A stretch of DNA of 38,284 nt from a virus: positions 1 through 38,284 of the IMG/VR virus record IMGVR_UViG_3300000277_000007; one strand, written 5' to 3'. The position numbers and the translations under genes were made by a program. The notes under the pieces were generated by a model, which was not told where the DNA came from, did no database searches, and saw only the letters and a list, made by a program, of their open reading frames with translations. Of this stretch, positions 1-7,876 are shown in pieces. Position 1 is the stretch's first letter, and every line of letters begins with the position of its first letter.

Positions 1-34
1 GCACTTTTGGAAACCGCCAGAGATGGCGGTTTTC
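1..34. repeat. Left copy of 34-bp terminal direct repeat (att core / attL, or circular-assembly overlap)
   Basis: gcacttttggaaaccgccagagatggcggttttc is identical at 1-34 and 38251-38284. Confidence 0.85.
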
Positions 35-110
35 CTTTATTCTCCAACGGTTTTCAGACTTTCCTAATTCACTCCAATTCACTCCAAATCACGTCATTTC
101 TCTATAAAAC

Positions 111-128
111 GTGGGCAAAATGTGGGCA
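111..128. promoter_or_regulatory. Candidate integrase arm-type site (GTGGGCA aaat GTGGGCA), right of att core
   Basis: The 18-bp gtgggcaaaatgtgggca also occurs at 38151-38168. The two copies flank the att core at about 75-85 bp on each side in the circular form. Confidence 0.45.
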
Positions 129-133
129 CGGAA

Positions 134-634
134 TCACCAGACCATCGGCAGTCCGAGGCATTGGCGCGCCCACTGTTCCACGGCACGATTCTCCTCGTCG
201 TCGCCAAGCAGCAATAAGTATCCGGCGGGTTTTCCGTTCTTCGCATGTTCCAGCTGCTTGATTACGCCCCAGTCCTTCAAGGTGGTGATTGAGCGTTTGA
301 ATTCTTGGTTTGCAGCGCCTTTCCGCTTTTCGATGTATTCCTGGGCGTCTTCGCTCATGGCCTGCTCTGGCGATATGCCTAGCTTGCCGTAGTCGTATGC
401 GAATGTTTCGGCTCCGCGCTTGTAGTATCGGCATGGGTAGCCCTTGGCTTTTGCGTCAGGGGTTGGGCAGTTGCGCTCCGTGTCCCAGTCGTAGGTGACG
501 CTGGCCATGTAGGTGAGCAGCAGCAGTGCCGAGTTGCTTGTGGAGAGAGTGCCGTCAGCCCTCATCTTGGAGAACTTGCCCATTTGACCGAGCTGACGGA
601 TTGCGTTGAAGTTGCGGTAGCCCATTTCTTCCAT
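134..634 (-). CDS. Hypothetical protein (166 aa) in the accessory region next to attL
   Basis: ORF 134..667. The internal ATG (MEEMGYRNF...) is preceded by GGGAGGAAAG, so the likely start is 634. No recognisable motif. Confidence 0.5.
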   Translation of the reverse strand: MEEMGYRNFNAIRQLGQMGKFSKMRADGTLSTSNSALLLLTYMASVTYDWDTERNCPTPDAKAKGYPCRYYKRGAETFAYDYGKLGISPEQAMSEDAQEYIEKRKGAANQEFKRSITTLKDWGVIKQLEHAKNGKPAGYLLLLGDDEENRAVEQWARQCLGLPMVW

Positions 635-679
635 GTCTTTCCTCCCCACCTGCTGGTAAATTGGCAAGTGGAGAAATGC

Positions 680-945
680 TCGCGCTTTTCTTCATCCCCT
701 TCGGTGTGACAGCGCCGGAGGGGCTTTTCTTTACCCGTACTTATTTGTACCATTGGTAGTAGACAAATAAGTACCAACTGGCAGTACGTATAAATACTGC
801 AACCAATACTTATATGTACCATCTGTATAAGTAATATATAGATTAGTAACATTCTTTTTATAGGGGCAATGTGCAAAAAAAGAAAAAATCAGCATGTCCA
901 ACCCCCATCTGCGGTAGCTTGAAGCAAGGAGAAGGAAGGGGAAAA
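680..945. promoter_or_regulatory. AT-rich (about 30% GC) divergent intergenic island with three direct repeats of TTAT(T/A)TGTACCA
   Basis: acttatttgtacca / caaataagtacca / atacttatatgtacca in a genome that is otherwise about 60% GC. Lies between divergent genes. Confidence 0.5.
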
Positions 946-1731
946 ATGAAGAAACTGATTTACCTCGTGCTATCCGTGCTGTGCGGAATCTCCGGTATCT
1001 ACGGCATATACGACACCATCACCACGCCGAAGTACGATCTGGCCACAAGCATCATGACGGTTCTGCTCCTCGCATTCCTCGCATGGTTCTTCTGGCATCT
1101 CTTCCTCAAGCCTGAGCCACGCCATAAGCATCAAGCGACGAATGCGCCTGAATCATCGCCGGAAGCCACCTCAGACGCTCCAACAGTGGAAACGGCACCA
1201 ATCACCCACGTCAATGCGAATAGTGGCGTGGAGGACGATTACGTGGCTGTGGATATTGAGACCACCGGCCTAGGTCGTGACGCTCGAATCATCGAATTGG
1301 GAGCCGTGAGAATCAGGCACGGACGCAAGGTCGCGTCATACAGCCAGCTCGTCAACCCGCAGATTCCGATACCGGCCAAGGTCACGCAGATCACCGGCAT
1401 CACCGACCGGAACGTCAAAGGCAAACCCACCATCGACAAAGCGCTACCCAAGTTCTACGCTTTCTGTGGGCGTGACACTTGGATAGGCCACAATATCCGA
1501 CGCTTCGACATTCCGGTGATCGCCAGGGAGGCGCAGAGGGTCGGCGCCGGAATGCCGGACGTGAGCTTCTACGACACGATGGAATTATCCCAGGCATTGC
1601 TGCCGCAGCTTGACCACCATCGCGTAGTGGACCTCATTCGATATTTCGGCATCGCCAAGACCGAGCGGCATCGCGCCGCCGACGATGCTGCACAGACAGC
1701 GCAAATCTTCGAGCATTTGAAGCAGATATAA
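946..1731 (+). CDS. Membrane-anchored DnaQ-like DEDDh 3'-5' exonuclease (2 N-terminal TM helices, low-complexity linker, exonuclease domain)
   Basis: ATG at 946 follows GGAGAAGGAAGGGG. TM segments MKKLIYLVLSVLCGISGIYGIY and IMTVLLLAFLAWFFWHLFL. Exo I motif DIETTGL, Exo II GHNIRRFDIPVI, Exo III HRAADDAAQTAQIF. Confidence 0.8.
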   Translation: MKKLIYLVLSVLCGISGIYGIYDTITTPKYDLATSIMTVLLLAFLAWFFWHLFLKPEPRHKHQATNAPESSPEATSDAPTVETAPITHVNANSGVEDDYVAVDIETTGLGRDARIIELGAVRIRHGRKVASYSQLVNPQIPIPAKVTQITGITDRNVKGKPTIDKALPKFYAFCGRDTWIGHNIRRFDIPVIAREAQRVGAGMPDVSFYDTMELSQALLPQLDHHRVVDLIRYFGIAKTERHRAADDAAQTAQIFEHLKQI

Positions 1732-1733
1732 GC

Positions 1734-1762
1734 TTTATAAAGACTTATAAAGACTTATAACC
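1734..1762. repeat. 10-bp tandem repeat TTATAAAGAC x about 2.8 between convergent genes
   Basis: ctttataaagacttataaagacttataacc. Confidence 0.6.
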
Positions 1763-1763
1763 G

Positions 1764-2351
1764 CTAGCTGATTTTCGCGTCGAGAAACGCATGATCGCCA
1801 TCGACATAAGCCCGCTCGATTAGCTTATGCGTCGCGGCGTAAATAAGATCATTGGACGGATACTCCTTCGCCATCTGACTTTGGATGTCCTGATCGGAAA
1901 TCGACGGGTCAAGAATCTTCGCCATGATGGGGAATACGCTGCTGATCTCGTCATGCGGCCCATCGACGTAGACGCGGAGCATGTCGTTTTTCCCGTATCC
2001 GAGCACTGCCCCGTAGACCAGCACGTCCACTGACGATTGGCCGAGTCTTCCGTGGAGAGCGTCTGCGGTGGAGAAAGCGCCGGTGCGATACTCCGCCCGG
2101 TAATAGGGGCCGTTCGAATCGCTCGGCGTGAATTTCTCGACGTCGGTTATCGGCGTGGATGAGTTCGCGTTGAACTCGTCCACAAAGCTCTGCGCCGTCT
2201 TCTCGGCTGCCTGTTGTTGTGGCTTCTCCTGCTGTGCGCTGACGTCCGGCGTCTTGGCCGGCGTGGAATCCGGCTCCTGCTGGCTTCCGCAGCCACAGGC
2301 CGTCGCCAGGAGAAGCGTCGCAGCTGTGATGGCAATGATTTTCTTACGCAT
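1764..2351 (-). CDS. Prophage lipoprotein (signal peptide plus lipobox LLLATAC), candidate superinfection-exclusion protein
   Basis: MRKKIIAITAATLLLATACGCG. Last gene of the leftward repressor operon. Confidence 0.7.
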   Translation of the reverse strand: MRKKIIAITAATLLLATACGCGSQQEPDSTPAKTPDVSAQQEKPQQQAAEKTAQSFVDEFNANSSTPITDVEKFTPSDSNGPYYRAEYRTGAFSTADALHGRLGQSSVDVLVYGAVLGYGKNDMLRVYVDGPHDEISSVFPIMAKILDPSISDQDIQSQMAKEYPSNDLIYAATHKLIERAYVDGDHAFLDAKIS

Positions 2352-2814
2352 TGAAAAACCTTTCTTTGATTCTATTTGGCGATGTGTTGAGCATGGCTCG
2401 GTAGTCCGTGAGCACCTGCGTTGTCACGTTCAGTTCCTCGGCTATCGACCATAGGTCATCGTCGTACATGCGTTCCGCCAATGCTAGTTCTGCCGGATCG
2501 ATGAGCAGGCGCGCGGTCTGCCGCCGTGTACGGATCTCTACTTTCGAACTATTGTTCGCACAGCCGGTGTCGCCATGCCGCCAATGCAAGAGCTCGTGCG
2601 CGAGAGTGCACCGTTTGGCCGTGTATGTGAGCCTGCGGTCGATCAGTATCACCTCGGTCGCGGCGTCGTAGCAACCCCAAAGGCCATCGGGGAGAATGGC
2701 GCTGGATACGGTGACCGGCAGTCCGACAATCGCGCGGCGCATGGCGCCGTATGTCATGCGCCGGTCGATAGGCAGGTCAGGCAGGCTCGTCGTAATCCGG
2801 CCCAGCCTCTCCAT
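2344..2814 (-). CDS. ImmA/IrrE-family zinc metallopeptidase (HEXXH)
   Basis: LAHELLHWRHGD motif. ORF 2344..2901; start chosen at Met30 (2814), which follows GGAGG. Overlaps the 3' end of the repressor gene. Confidence 0.7.
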   Translation of the reverse strand: MERLGRITTSLPDLPIDRRMTYGAMRRAIVGLPVTVSSAILPDGLWGCYDAATEVILIDRRLTYTAKRCTLAHELLHWRHGDTGCANNSSKVEIRTRRQTARLLIDPAELALAERMYDDDLWSIAEELNVTTQVLTDYRAMLNTSPNRIKERFFNA

Positions 2815-3139
2815 TGATGGCCTCCTGCTTGCCAGCGGCGTCATAGGCGGCAAGACCATAACCGCCTGCCTGCGCTTTCCTCTCGGCGGCTTCGACCGCA
2901 TGGCGCTTGGAGTCCATCACGATGTCTCCGATGGATACGCCGGTCACTTCGCTGATGCGTTCCAGGTCGCTCAGGTTGAGCGGGAGGCTGTAGTTTGCCC
3001 TCGTGTACCAGTAGACCTCGCCGAAGCCGCAGGCCTTGGCGAATTCCTTGATGGTCATGCCGCTTTGCTTTTGGAGTCTGACGCATTCGTCCATGACCTG
3101 CTTGGCGAAATGCGTGACCTCCTGTGCTTTTCTTCCCAT
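2777..3139 (-). CDS. XRE-family HTH repressor (CI-like)
   Basis: HTH segment GMTIKEFAKACGFGEVYWYTRANYSLP. Divergent from a Cro-like gene and upstream of ImmA. Confidence 0.8.
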   Translation of the reverse strand: MGRKAQEVTHFAKQVMDECVRLQKQSGMTIKEFAKACGFGEVYWYTRANYSLPLNLSDLERISEVTGVSIGDIVMDSKRHAVEAAERKAQAGGYGLAAYDAAGKQEAINGEAGPDYDEPA

Positions 3140-3190
3140 GCTTCAAATTATAGCTAATTGCGTAGTCATATGTGCATAAATCGTGAAGAC

Positions 3191-3228
3191 TACGTAATTA
3201 CGAATACGAGAAACTTCGTAATTACGTA
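3191..3228. promoter_or_regulatory. Operator: 13-bp perfect inverted repeat ACGTAATTACGAA N10 TTCGTAATTACGT with nested CGTAATTACG palindromes
   Basis: Read directly in the repressor/cro divergent intergenic region. Confidence 0.7.
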
Positions 3229-3256
3229 TATTAAAAACCGTCGAAAGGAAAACCGA

Positions 3257-3385
3257 GATGTTGAGCACCAAGAAGACCAAGACCCCCGACCACTACCCGT
3301 GCGGCCACATGCGCGGCCCCGGCTGGCACGACTGGCGCGCCTGCCTCACCAAGCAGGGAATCGAGGAGGATGAATGGCCGGTCTG
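3257..3385 (+). CDS. Small Cys/His-rich ORF (42 aa) overlapping the start of the cro-like gene
   Basis: MLSTKKTKTPDHYPCGHMRGPGWHDWRACLTKQGIEEDEWPV. GAAAGGAAAACC sits before the ATG. GC3-rich codon usage. Confidence 0.3.
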
Positions 3386-3622
3386 ACGGAAACAGCCACC
3401 AGAAACCTCAAAGCGGAACTCGCAAGACACGACAAGACACCGAAAGACCTAGCAAAAGCATGGGGCCTCGAAATCAGAGCCGTAAACAACAGGCTCAAAG
3501 GCCACACGCCACTCTCGACAGACGAAATCGAAAAAGCGGCATCCATGCTCGACATGGAACCAGAAAACCTCATCATGCTCCTCATCCAGCCGATCGACAG
3601 CATCAAACAATTCAAAGCCTGA
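3374..3622 (+). CDS. Cro-like HTH regulator
   Basis: TPKDLAKAWGLEIRAVNNRLKG HTH. First rightward gene after the operators. Confidence 0.7.
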   Translation: MAGLTETATRNLKAELARHDKTPKDLAKAWGLEIRAVNNRLKGHTPLSTDEIEKAASMLDMEPENLIMLLIQPIDSIKQFKA

Positions 3623-3646
3623 AATCCACAACCAAAGGAGCGTCCG

Positions 3647-3871
3647 ATGGACAGCAAGACCTACACCCGAGAACTGCGCAAAGCCTGCGTGAAAGCCGTC
3701 TTCGACGAATTCGCCGAGCATGGCGACATGATTCGCCCGCAATACGCGGGACAGTGGGATGAAATCGACGCTAGCCGATTCCTGGGCCACATCACCGGAC
3801 CGATGGACATCGACGTGACCGGCCTCGTGGACGTCATCATCGACACGATCGTCAAGGAAGCACAGAAATGA
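3647..3871 (+). CDS. Hypothetical early protein
   Basis: ORF track; RBS GGAG before ATG. Confidence 0.5.
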   Translation: MDSKTYTRELRKACVKAVFDEFAEHGDMIRPQYAGQWDEIDASRFLGHITGPMDIDVTGLVDVIIDTIVKEAQK

Positions 3872-4098
3872 GCGGACAACTGCTTAACCCGCCGGCACCG
3901 CCGGAATCAAGGAAAACCATGAAACCACGAATCGAACTCATCGGCACCACCGGCTACGCCATCCGCATCCAGGAAGACAAGAGCGGCCAACTCATCGAGC
4001 TCCACGCGGACGGCGAGGAAGTCCTTGCGGACATCCCTGAAAGCACCCTCGACAACTTCGCCTACAGCCTCAACGACGACTTGGGAAACATGCGATGA
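3868..4098 (+). CDS. Hypothetical early protein
   Basis: ATGA start/stop overlap with the previous ORF. An alternative start at 3919 has an AAGGAAAACC RBS. Confidence 0.45.
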   Translation: MSGQLLNPPAPPESRKTMKPRIELIGTTGYAIRIQEDKSGQLIELHADGEEVLADIPESTLDNFAYSLNDDLGNMR

Positions 4099-4289
4099 GC
4101 CAATCATTCGAACTGCGAATCATCGAGGACGGCACCACTCGCAGCGACCATTCAGCCGTCATCCAGCTCGCCATCGACACGTGCGACAGCCACGCGCGAT
4201 ACCTGCTCACGCAGACAGACCTGGCGAACATCCGCCGCGACTGCAACCGCATCTTGAAGGAACTATCCGAAAGGAGGATGGCGAAATGA
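4095..4289 (+). CDS. Hypothetical early protein
   Basis: ATGA coupling. Confidence 0.45.
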   Translation: MSQSFELRIIEDGTTRSDHSAVIQLAIDTCDSHARYLLTQTDLANIRRDCNRILKELSERRMAK

Positions 4290-4510
4290 CCGACCACAAC
4301 TACTGGCTCGAAGACCAGCGGGAGAAGACGCGGAAGCCGAACTACACGCGCCGCCGCATCAAATTCGCCATCGCGGTGGTCGCCCTCATCTCCAGCCTGA
4401 CCATCATGCTCACATGGCATGGCGGCAGCACCACCGCCGCGCTCATGGTGGAAGGCGTGTACATCGCCGCCGCATTGTGGCTGATCGTCAGATTCGCGCC
4501 ACGCGACTAA
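4286..4510 (+). CDS. Small membrane protein (2 TM)
   Basis: AGGAGG before ATG 4286. IKFAIAVVALISSLTIMLTW and VEGVYIAAALWLIV. Confidence 0.5.
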   Translation: MTDHNYWLEDQREKTRKPNYTRRRIKFAIAVVALISSLTIMLTWHGGSTTAALMVEGVYIAAALWLIVRFAPRD

Positions 4511-4949
4511 AGACTTCCCACCAGCCGACAGTCCAACGAAACAAACCAAATCTGGGATGTTTTCGCGGACACCCACGTTCACTCATGCCGGCTGGCGGGA
4601 ACCATAACTGAATATCGATTATTATCCACGCGCCGACCACATTCTGCTTTCACATACACTGTCGGCGCATTCGGCTGGGCGACGGTTCGCCCGTCCACGG
4701 ATTCCAATCTCTTCTCTCTAACTATCAAGAAGCAGGCATTCCGGTGCTTGCAAACCCTTTCAAGCCCGCCTGACGGCTTCCATCACCGTCGGCCACGCCA
4801 CCGGCCGCGAACGCGTTCAGGTCGCGTTCCAACAGTCAAAGGGGCGTTCGGAATCCAAGGACGGCATCGGTTCGACACCGACGCCAGCCACTCAGCCCCA
4901 TCCACTCGTCATGGTGGGGCACACAACGTCAACAAGCAAAGGAAAGTCA

Positions 4950-5714
4950 ATGAGCAATGAAATCCAACAGTTCTACTTCAATAACGCTGCGTTGCGTACC
5001 CTGACCGACGAGGCGGGGGAGCCCTGGTTCGTCGCCAAGGACGTATGCGACATCCTCGAAATCAGCAATCCATCCGATGCGTTGAAAAGGCTTGACGATG
5101 ATGAACGGTCTAGGTTCAATCTAGGGCGTCAGGGTGAGACCAACATCGTCAACGAAGCCGGCCTGTACGCGCTCGTGCTCGGCTCCCGCAAGCCCGAGGC
5201 TCACGAGTTCAAACGTTGGGTGACTCACGAGGTGCTGCCGCAGATCCGCAGGACCGGCGGCTACATTCCAGCCAGCGAGACCGACGATGACATGACCATC
5301 CTGGCGAAGGCCGTGATGATCGGCCAACGCACCATGGAGGAGCAGAAGCGTCGCATCGCCGCGCAGGAATCACACATCAATGAATTGGAGCCGAAAGCCC
5401 GGTTCGCGGACGCCGTGGCCGCGTCGGACGGCACCTGCCTGATCGGAGAACTGGCGAAGATGCTACGCCAGAACGGTTTGGACATCGGCCAGAACTGCCT
5501 TTTCGAGATTCTCCGACAGGACGGCTACTTGGGCAAGACCGGCTCGAACCGCAACGTGCCGACCCAGAAGGCCATGGACTTGGGACTGTTCCGAATCAAG
5601 GAAACCGCCATCACCCATTCGGACGGCCACGTGACCATCAACCGCACCGCGAAGGTCACCGGCAAAGGCCAGACATACTTCATCAGCCGCTACTGCCCAG
5701 ACGACCATGAGTGA
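4950..5714 (+). CDS. Antirepressor (Bro-N domain plus KilA-C/Ant C-terminal domain)
   Basis: N-terminal FNNAALRTLTDEAGEPWFVAKDVCDILEI (Bro-N). C-terminal ARFADAVAASDGTCLIGELAKML (KilA-C). Confidence 0.75.
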   Translation: MSNEIQQFYFNNAALRTLTDEAGEPWFVAKDVCDILEISNPSDALKRLDDDERSRFNLGRQGETNIVNEAGLYALVLGSRKPEAHEFKRWVTHEVLPQIRRTGGYIPASETDDDMTILAKAVMIGQRTMEEQKRRIAAQESHINELEPKARFADAVAASDGTCLIGELAKMLRQNGLDIGQNCLFEILRQDGYLGKTGSNRNVPTQKAMDLGLFRIKETAITHSDGHVTINRTAKVTGKGQTYFISRYCPDDHE

Positions 5715-5928
5715 CGATCTGCTTACGCCAGCCGAACTGGCCGCCATGCTCGGCATGAGCGTGCGCACGCTCGCCAACTGGCGGAGCACCGGCAAGGGCC
5801 CGCCATATTTGAAAATCGGCGTGGAACCGCCGGAAGGCCATCAGGACAGGCGAAAAGTCCGCTACCAGCGTCAAATCGCTGAACGGTGGGCTCTGGCGCA
5901 CGAATACCGAAGGACGGTGGCGAGATGA
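5707..5928 (+). CDS. HTH_17 (MerR/excisionase-like) DNA-binding protein
   Basis: TPAELAAMLGMSVRTLANWR. Confidence 0.6.
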   Translation: MSDDLLTPAELAAMLGMSVRTLANWRSTGKGPPYLKIGVEPPEGHQDRRKVRYQRQIAERWALAHEYRRTVAR

Positions 5929-6104
5929 AAAACGGCACGTTCATTCCAGTGACACGGGTCCAAAGCCGCTCAGATGTCAAAAGCGATGGGAAAGCACGCT
6001 TCGGCGACAACAATCCGACCCTCACGCAGCAAGGAATCGACGTGGACAAGTTCATCAGCGACAACCACGCGCTCATCGAAAACTTAAGGAAAGGAACACG
6101 TTGA
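5925..6104 (+). CDS. Hypothetical protein
   Basis: ATGA coupling. Confidence 0.4.
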   Translation: MKNGTFIPVTRVQSRSDVKSDGKARFGDNNPTLTQQGIDVDKFISDNHALIENLRKGTR

Positions 6105-6736
6105 AACACGAATACACGGACGGCGAACTCGCCGAACTGAAGAAAATCTATGACGAGTCAGGCGAAGCCGGACTCCAGATCGGCGAAATGCGGGCGTTAC
6201 GCAAGGCCGGACTCCTCGCACATGACCTGCCGCCGGAACATGAGGACACCCTTGCCGACTATCAGGCCATCAGCAAGCCCACGACGGAACCGGCGGAACC
6301 GTCGAAACGTGACCTCATTCTCGCGCACTGCAGAAACCGCATCGACCAAGGCCAACCATTCGACGGCAAGGAAACCGCCGAAGCGCTCAACCTAAGCCAG
6401 AAAACGGCAGGCAACATCATCGGCCAACTCCGCAAGGAAGGACTACTACCGGCCTTCGACCAGCATTCACCCCGCAAAACAACACGGAAAAACGCCACAA
6501 CCGGAAAGAAGAAAGAAACCATGACCACCACAGTCCAGGAACAGAAGCAGGAAGCCGAGCCGGAAGAGCCGCGCACCATCATCGCAAACGCCTTGGTCGG
6601 CATCTTCGACGCGGTGAGCACATTGCAGCGCACCGCATTCCAAGCCAACGACAAGGTGGTCTACGGCTTCGCTACGAAACTGCTCACCGGCGAACTCATG
6701 GACATTAAAGCCAACTACAGCAAGGACGCAAAATGA
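6101..6736 (+). CDS. Hypothetical protein with a possible winged-helix segment
   Basis: GKETAEALNLSQKTAGNIIGQLRKEGLL. Confidence 0.5.
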   Translation: MKHEYTDGELAELKKIYDESGEAGLQIGEMRALRKAGLLAHDLPPEHEDTLADYQAISKPTTEPAEPSKRDLILAHCRNRIDQGQPFDGKETAEALNLSQKTAGNIIGQLRKEGLLPAFDQHSPRKTTRKNATTGKKKETMTTTVQEQKQEAEPEEPRTIIANALVGIFDAVSTLQRTAFQANDKVVYGFATKLLTGELMDIKANYSKDAK

Positions 6737-6909
6737 AGCTCAAATTCGATAGCGAGAGTGGCGTTTTCACCATCAAGCCAGAGTCATTGGCGGAAACCGT
6801 CAAGCTCAGGACGTCCGCGTTGGACATCGCCAATCTGCTGGTCGATTATTTCGACGCCGACGTCATCAAAGCAGACATAAACAAGCCAAGCAATCAGCAG
6901 GGAGCCTGA
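6733..6909 (+). CDS. Small hypothetical protein (58 aa)
   Basis: ATGA coupling; fills the gap exactly up to the next gene. Confidence 0.4.
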   Translation: MKLKFDSESGVFTIKPESLAETVKLRTSALDIANLLVDYFDADVIKADINKPSNQQGA

Positions 6910-6910
6910 A

Positions 6911-7873
6911 ATGAAGCGTATTCCACTCAAGGACACGGAACGCTACACGGTCGAACGGTTCAAGCAGGGCAAGAAGACGGAACGTCATCTCGCCTGGCTG
7001 AAGAGCCGTAAGGCCGGTGTGGGCGGTTCCGACATGAGCACGATTCTCGGCCTGAATTCCTTCAAGACGCCTTATGAGCTTTGGCTTGAGAAGACCGGCC
7101 GCGTGGAGCCGGAGGACATTTCGGACAAGTGGGCGGTGGTCAGGGGCAATGCCCTGGAAAACGAATTGCGCAAGCGATTCCGCGCCCAGCATTCCGAACT
7201 GCTGGTCACTGACGGTACGGACAAGCAGTTCATCAGCCGCGAAAAGCCCTATCTGAGGGCTTCCCTTGACGGCATCCTGCAGAAAGAGAACGGCGATTTT
7301 GGAATCCTCGAAATCAAAACGGCGAGCGGCCGTCGAGCGGGGGACTGGCATGACGAGGATGGCAACCTCCGAATCCCGCCATACTACTTGGCTCAAGTCG
7401 AATTCTACGCGCTCGTCACCGGCTGGACGTGGGGCTATGTCTACGCGGCCATCGGGGACGACGAGCCGGTAGAGATTCCCTTCGAGGCGGACGTGGAGGA
7501 TATGGCCGCGATCGACAAGGCCGCCACCGACTTCTGGCATTTCGTCACCACAGGCACGCCACCGCAATTGACCGGCGGGGACGTGCAGAAGGCGTTCCCA
7601 GAGCCCACGCCGGACATTGTGGACGAAAGCGACGATGACGACCTGTACGACCTGCTCGCAAGATACGAGAGCGCCACCGGAATGCTGAATGACATGAAGT
7701 CCGCTCAGAAGGAATTGCAGGAGCAGATCATTCTGCGCATCGGCTCGCACACCGGCATCAAGTGCGGGAATTTGCAAGCCACCTACAAGCCGATGACCCG
7801 CAAGGAATACACCGTCAAAGCCACCACATACCGCAAATTCACACTCAAAACCATCGAAGAAAAGGAGCAATAA
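6911..7873 (+). CDS. YqaJ-like viral recombinase exonuclease (lambda Exo/RecE-like PD-(D/E)xK)
   Basis: GGSDMSTILGLNSFKTPYELWLEKTG ... ILEIKT. Lies upstream of recT. Confidence 0.8.
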   Translation: MKRIPLKDTERYTVERFKQGKKTERHLAWLKSRKAGVGGSDMSTILGLNSFKTPYELWLEKTGRVEPEDISDKWAVVRGNALENELRKRFRAQHSELLVTDGTDKQFISREKPYLRASLDGILQKENGDFGILEIKTASGRRAGDWHDEDGNLRIPPYYLAQVEFYALVTGWTWGYVYAAIGDDEPVEIPFEADVEDMAAIDKAATDFWHFVTTGTPPQLTGGDVQKAFPEPTPDIVDESDDDDLYDLLARYESATGMLNDMKSAQKELQEQIILRIGSHTGIKCGNLQATYKPMTRKEYTVKATTYRKFTLKTIEEKEQ

Positions 7874-7876
7874 AAA

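Noticed and set aside
7-498. Several short plus-strand ORFs at the left end (7..261, 111..392, 310..498)
   Set aside because: Overlap the minus-strand 134..634 gene, which has the strong RBS; no RBS; Arg/Ser-rich GC-frame noise
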